From Acidobacteriota bacterium (GTDB taxonomy: Bacteria; Acidobacteriota; Polarisedimenticolia; Polarisedimenticolales; DASRJG01), in NCBI GenBank assembly GCA_032124015.1, contig JAQBEH010000096.1, positions 11,027-75,026 on the forward strand: DNA of 64,000 nucleotides. Direction: 5' to 3'. Each line of letters begins with the position of its first letter. Within the stretch, counting starts at the first letter, position 1. The position numbers and the translations under genes were made by a program. Below, in pieces: positions 61,260 through 64,000 of this stretch. The notes below the pieces were generated by a model. It was given only the letters and a program-made list of their open reading frames with translations. It ran no database searches and was not told the origin of the DNA.

Positions 61260-62413
61260 CCGTTCACCTCGACGATGGCGGCGTAAATACTCCGAGGGTC
61301 GTGCACCCAGCCTCCGGCGTGAGGGACGTGGATCGTCCTCGCCCGCCCGCCGGCGCATCGCTCGACCTCGAGTGCGATCTGGCCGAGATTGATCTCGGGG
61401 ACCACGAAGCCACGGACGGAGCGCGCGAGCTCGGCGATCCGCGCTTCGGGAAACGGCCACAGGGTGATGAGGCGCAACTCTCCGACGGCGCGCCCCTCGG
61501 CTCGCGCCTGCTGAACCGCGGCGCGCGCCACCCGGGAGGTAATCCCGTACGAGACGACCACGACCTCGGCCCCTTCGATGTTCGATTCTTCGACGCGGAA
61601 GATGTCCGGCGCGTTGCGGCGGATCTTTTCGATCAGGCGCGGCACGAGGGCTTGCTGGGCGGCGGCGGTCATCGCCGGGTACCCCCGTTCGTCGTGCGTC
61701 AGCCCGGTGGTGTGGATCCTGTATCCCTGTCCTGCGGCCACCATCTCCGGGACCAGATCCGGCCCCGGACGATAGGGCCTGTACTCCTCCGGCGAAAGCG
61801 CGGTCATGCGGCGCGGAACGAGGTCGATGGCCTCGTACGACGGAACCACGACCTTTTCGGTCATGTGGCCGACGCACTCGTCCATCATCAGTAAGGTCGG
61901 GACGCGGTAGCGCTCGGACAGGTTGAACGCGTCAATCGTCAGGTCGAACGCTTCCTGAGGGGAGTTGGGCGACATCGCGATGATGGCGTAGTCGCCGTGC
62001 GAACCCCACCGCGCTTGCATGACGTCGGCCTGGCCGACCATCGTCGGGAGGCCGGTCGAGGGGCCGCCCCGCTGCACGTTCACGAGCACGCAGGGGACTT
62101 CCATCATGACGCCGAGACCGAGGTTTTCCATCATGAGAGAAAAACCGGGGCCCGACGTGCAGGTCATCGCCTTCGCTCCGCCCCACACGGCGCCGAGGAT
62201 CGCGGCCATGGCGGCCATCTCGTCCTCCATCTGGATGAAGACGCCGCCAACCCGGGGAAACCTCCGCGCGACCCGCTCGGCGATTTCGGTCGAGGGGGTG
62301 ATCGGATACCCGGCGAAGAACCGGCACCCCGCGACGACCGCGCCTTCGGCGCACGCGTGATCGCCGTCGAGGTAGTGGGCGCCCGTGAGCATGACCGACG
62401 GGTCAGGATTCAT
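61256..62413 (-). CDS. 2-oxoacid:ferredoxin oxidoreductase, alpha subunit
   Basis: Track ORF, 385 aa. FFAGYPITPSTEI and TSGPGFSLMMENLG are alpha-subunit motifs. Confidence 0.9.
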   Translation of the reverse strand: MNPDPSVMLTGAHYLDGDHACAEGAVVAGCRFFAGYPITPSTEIAERVARRFPRVGGVFIQMEDEMAAMAAILGAVWGGAKAMTCTSGPGFSLMMENLGLGVMMEVPCVLVNVQRGGPSTGLPTMVGQADVMQARWGSHGDYAIIAMSPNSPQEAFDLTIDAFNLSERYRVPTLLMMDECVGHMTEKVVVPSYEAIDLVPRRMTALSPEEYRPYRPGPDLVPEMVAAGQGYRIHTTGLTHDERGYPAMTAAAQQALVPRLIEKIRRNAPDIFRVEESNIEGAEVVVVSYGITSRVARAAVQQARAEGRAVGELRLITLWPFPEARIAELARSVRGFVVPEINLGQIALEVERCAGGRARTIHVPHAGGWVHDPRSIYAAIVEVNG

Positions 62414-62702
62414 GGTGCGCCTCCGGGCCCGAAGACTCCGTGACGCCGACCGCGAATTCGGGGCAGAGGACCTCGCAGTAGTGGCACGCGGTGCAGCGCT
62501 CTTGCGCGACGATCTCGGGAGGATGGTAGCCCTTGAGGTTGAAACGGTTCGACACCGCGAAGACGTCGCGCGGGCAGAACTCGACGCAGTACGCGCACCC
62601 CTTGCAGCGCTCCTCGAGAATGTGGATCGAACTCCGGACCCGCGGAATGCGATCCGCGTCCAGAGGGACCCGCCAGAACCGTTCCGCCGCGGGTGGTCTC
62701 AC
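62403..62702 (-). CDS. 2-oxoacid:ferredoxin oxidoreductase, delta (2x[4Fe-4S] ferredoxin) subunit
   Basis: Track ORF, 99 aa. GTG 62702 is preceded by AGAGGAGG and overlaps the marR stop (GTGA). CKGCAYCVEFCP and CTACHYCEVLCP are ferredoxin motifs. It overlaps the alpha-subunit start by 11 nt. Confidence 0.8.
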   Translation of the reverse strand: MRPPAAERFWRVPLDADRIPRVRSSIHILEERCKGCAYCVEFCPRDVFAVSNRFNLKGYHPPEIVAQERCTACHYCEVLCPEFAVGVTESSGPEAHHES

Positions 62703-63325
62703 GAGACCTCCTCTTTCACGACCGGTTTCCGGCCTCGGCGTCTCGACCGGATCGTGTCGTAAGGGCAGTGGCCGAAAACGTCACCGATAGGACAACCCAC
62801 CTCGCAATACGCGGCGCAACGGAGGCAGAAACCGCCCTCGCCTTTCTCCTGCTCGAAAAGGAGAACCGAAAATCGCTCCAGAAGATCCGAGAGGCGGTCG
62901 ATCTCGGCCGCTTCGAATTTTGCGAGGACGAGCGCAAGCCGCTCCCTCTTGAGTTGCTCGTAGCGGCGGATGAGGTCCCGCCCCTTGGCGCTCGCCGACA
63001 GGAGCGTGGCCCGGCGATCCTCATCGCAGGAACCGCGTTCGACGAGGCCCAATCGACAGAGGCGGTCGATGTTCTTGCTCGCCGCCGGGGCGCTGACGCC
63101 GAGAAACCCCGCGACTTCTCCAACCTGGTGGTGGCCGTTCAAGCCGATGAGCTTGAGCAGATGGAATTGCGGGATCGAGAGGGAGCGGGCGGACACCTCG
63201 GCCAGGTATCGGCTTTCGAGGATCTCGCGGACCGCTGAGCTGAAGATATGACTACAGCGCAAGAGACGATAAGGCGGACCACCGACCCGGTCCGCGCTGG
63301 GTGTGTGCGCGTCGTGTCGCTGCAT
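62699..63325 (-). CDS. MarR-family transcriptional regulator with a Cys-rich C-terminal extension
   Basis: Track ORF, 208 aa. The winged-helix core is ...LSIPQFHLLKLI...VGEVAGFLGVSAPAASKNIDRLCRLGLVER...DRRATLL. The tail is GGFCLRCAAYCEVGCPIGDVFGHCPYD. Confidence 0.8.
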   Translation of the reverse strand: MQRHDAHTPSADRVGGPPYRLLRCSHIFSSAVREILESRYLAEVSARSLSIPQFHLLKLIGLNGHHQVGEVAGFLGVSAPAASKNIDRLCRLGLVERGSCDEDRRATLLSASAKGRDLIRRYEQLKRERLALVLAKFEAAEIDRLSDLLERFSVLLFEQEKGEGGFCLRCAAYCEVGCPIGDVFGHCPYDTIRSRRRGRKPVVKEEVS

Positions 63326-63364
63326 GATCGTTAACCCGGTTTCTATTTTACGGAGTTAACGATC
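63326..63364. promoter_or_regulatory. Candidate operator/promoter of the marR-led operon: inverted repeat GATCGTTAAC-N19-GTTAACGATC around a TAAAAT box
   Basis: Perfect 10-bp arms at 63326-63335 and 63355-63364. The first arm abuts the marR ATG (63325). On the minus strand TAAAAT (plus 63345-63350) lies between the arms. The region is locally AT-rich in a GC-rich genome. Confidence 0.4.
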
Positions 63365-63536
63365 GTCGGGCAGGTTCTTCGTCCTCGGCTAGTGGACCAC
63401 TATGGTCGCGATGCGCGGCCTACGAGACGACTCTCGTCTTGTTTGGGAGGTCTCTGGAACCGGGGACGCGAGCCCCGGGAAAACAAGTGTAGAATTGTCG
63501 GCACTCGACACGGGTCTTCAAGAAAGGAGAACGAAC

Positions 63537-63962
63537 ATGGCCGACAAGTCGATTCTAGAGGTAGCGAAGTCGCAGATCATCGCCTACAACGACAAAAATT
63601 GGCCCGCTGCGAAGGAGTCGCTCGCGGGAAACGTGGTCTACGACGAGGCCGGAACGCAGCGCACGATCAAGGGCGCCGAGGACGTCATTGCGGCCTGGAA
63701 AGGCTGGGCCACGGCGCTTCCGGACTCCAGGGCGAGCTTCGACAAGGAATTCGTGAGCGGGAACACCGCGGTCATCGAGGTGACCTGGCGCGGCACACAC
63801 TCGGGACCGATGCACCTGCCCGGCAAGGAACTCGCTGCCACCGGGAAGAAGATCGAGATGCGCGCTTGCCAGGTCATCGAGGTATCGGGCGGCAAGGTCC
63901 AGGCCGTCCGGCACTACTTCGACATCGCGACCATGCTGCGGCAACTCGGCGTCATGTCCTGA
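63537..63962 (+). CDS. SnoaL-like/ester cyclase (NTF2-fold) protein
   Basis: In frame in track ORF 63402..63962. ATG 63537 is preceded by AAAGGAGA. ...IIAYNDKNW..., ...VIEVTWRGTHSGPM... and ...KVQAVRHYFD are SnoaL-like patterns. Confidence 0.75.
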   Translation: MADKSILEVAKSQIIAYNDKNWPAAKESLAGNVVYDEAGTQRTIKGAEDVIAAWKGWATALPDSRASFDKEFVSGNTAVIEVTWRGTHSGPMHLPGKELAATGKKIEMRACQVIEVSGGKVQAVRHYFDIATMLRQLGVMS

Positions 63963-64000
63963 CGCTGGCGCGGGGACAACGAGACGCCGTAAGTCGAAGA

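Overview
This is a visibly GC-rich, densely coding bacterial chromosomal window with genes on both strands. I saw no rRNA, tRNA or CRISPR array. Many of the longest ORFs in the supplied track are antisense or shadow frames of real genes. Several real genes start at internal GTG or ATG codons that overlap the upstream stop by 4 nt. The window falls into four blocks. (1) 1-10.6 kb holds periplasmic and membrane redox genes. These are a multihaem cytochrome/beta-propeller pair; a plus-strand operon of a dihaem cytochrome c, two CuA-type cupredoxins, a NapH/CcoG-like membrane polyferredoxin and a blue-copper protein, with no oxidase subunit I; and a haem-motif porin with a cytochrome lipoprotein. 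An intact IS element with 22-bp inverted repeats and an 8-bp target duplication sits between two convergent genes in this block. (2) 10.8-21.8 kb holds envelope and signalling genes: DUF362, a sulfatase-TPR protein, a Ser/Thr kinase, pal, an SLC13 transporter and an MscS channel. (3) 21.8-52 kb is a storage-sugar and osmoadaptation region. It has an eight-gene, roughly 18.7 kb minus-strand operon (glgE, treS-mak, malQ, glgB, treZ, GH57, treY, thioredoxin-fold protein), an otsA-otsB fusion, a further MscS-type channel (the first lies in block 2), two cation/proton antiporters, USP proteins and an APC-USP fusion. (4) 53.1-63.3 kb is a ten-gene minus-strand operon. It runs MarR, four-subunit 2-oxoacid:ferredoxin oxidoreductase, NfnB/GltD-like flavoprotein with an MvhD tail, HdrC/B fusion, HdrA-MvhD, zinc-ribbon peptide, hemerythrin. 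HdrA is interrupted by one in-frame TGA at the conserved Cys position, followed by a SECIS-like hairpin, so I predict selenocysteine. The best candidates for undescribed systems are the orphan-CuA/polyferredoxin operon and the oxidoreductase-Hdr operon. All functional calls rest on motif recognition by eye. No database search was run.
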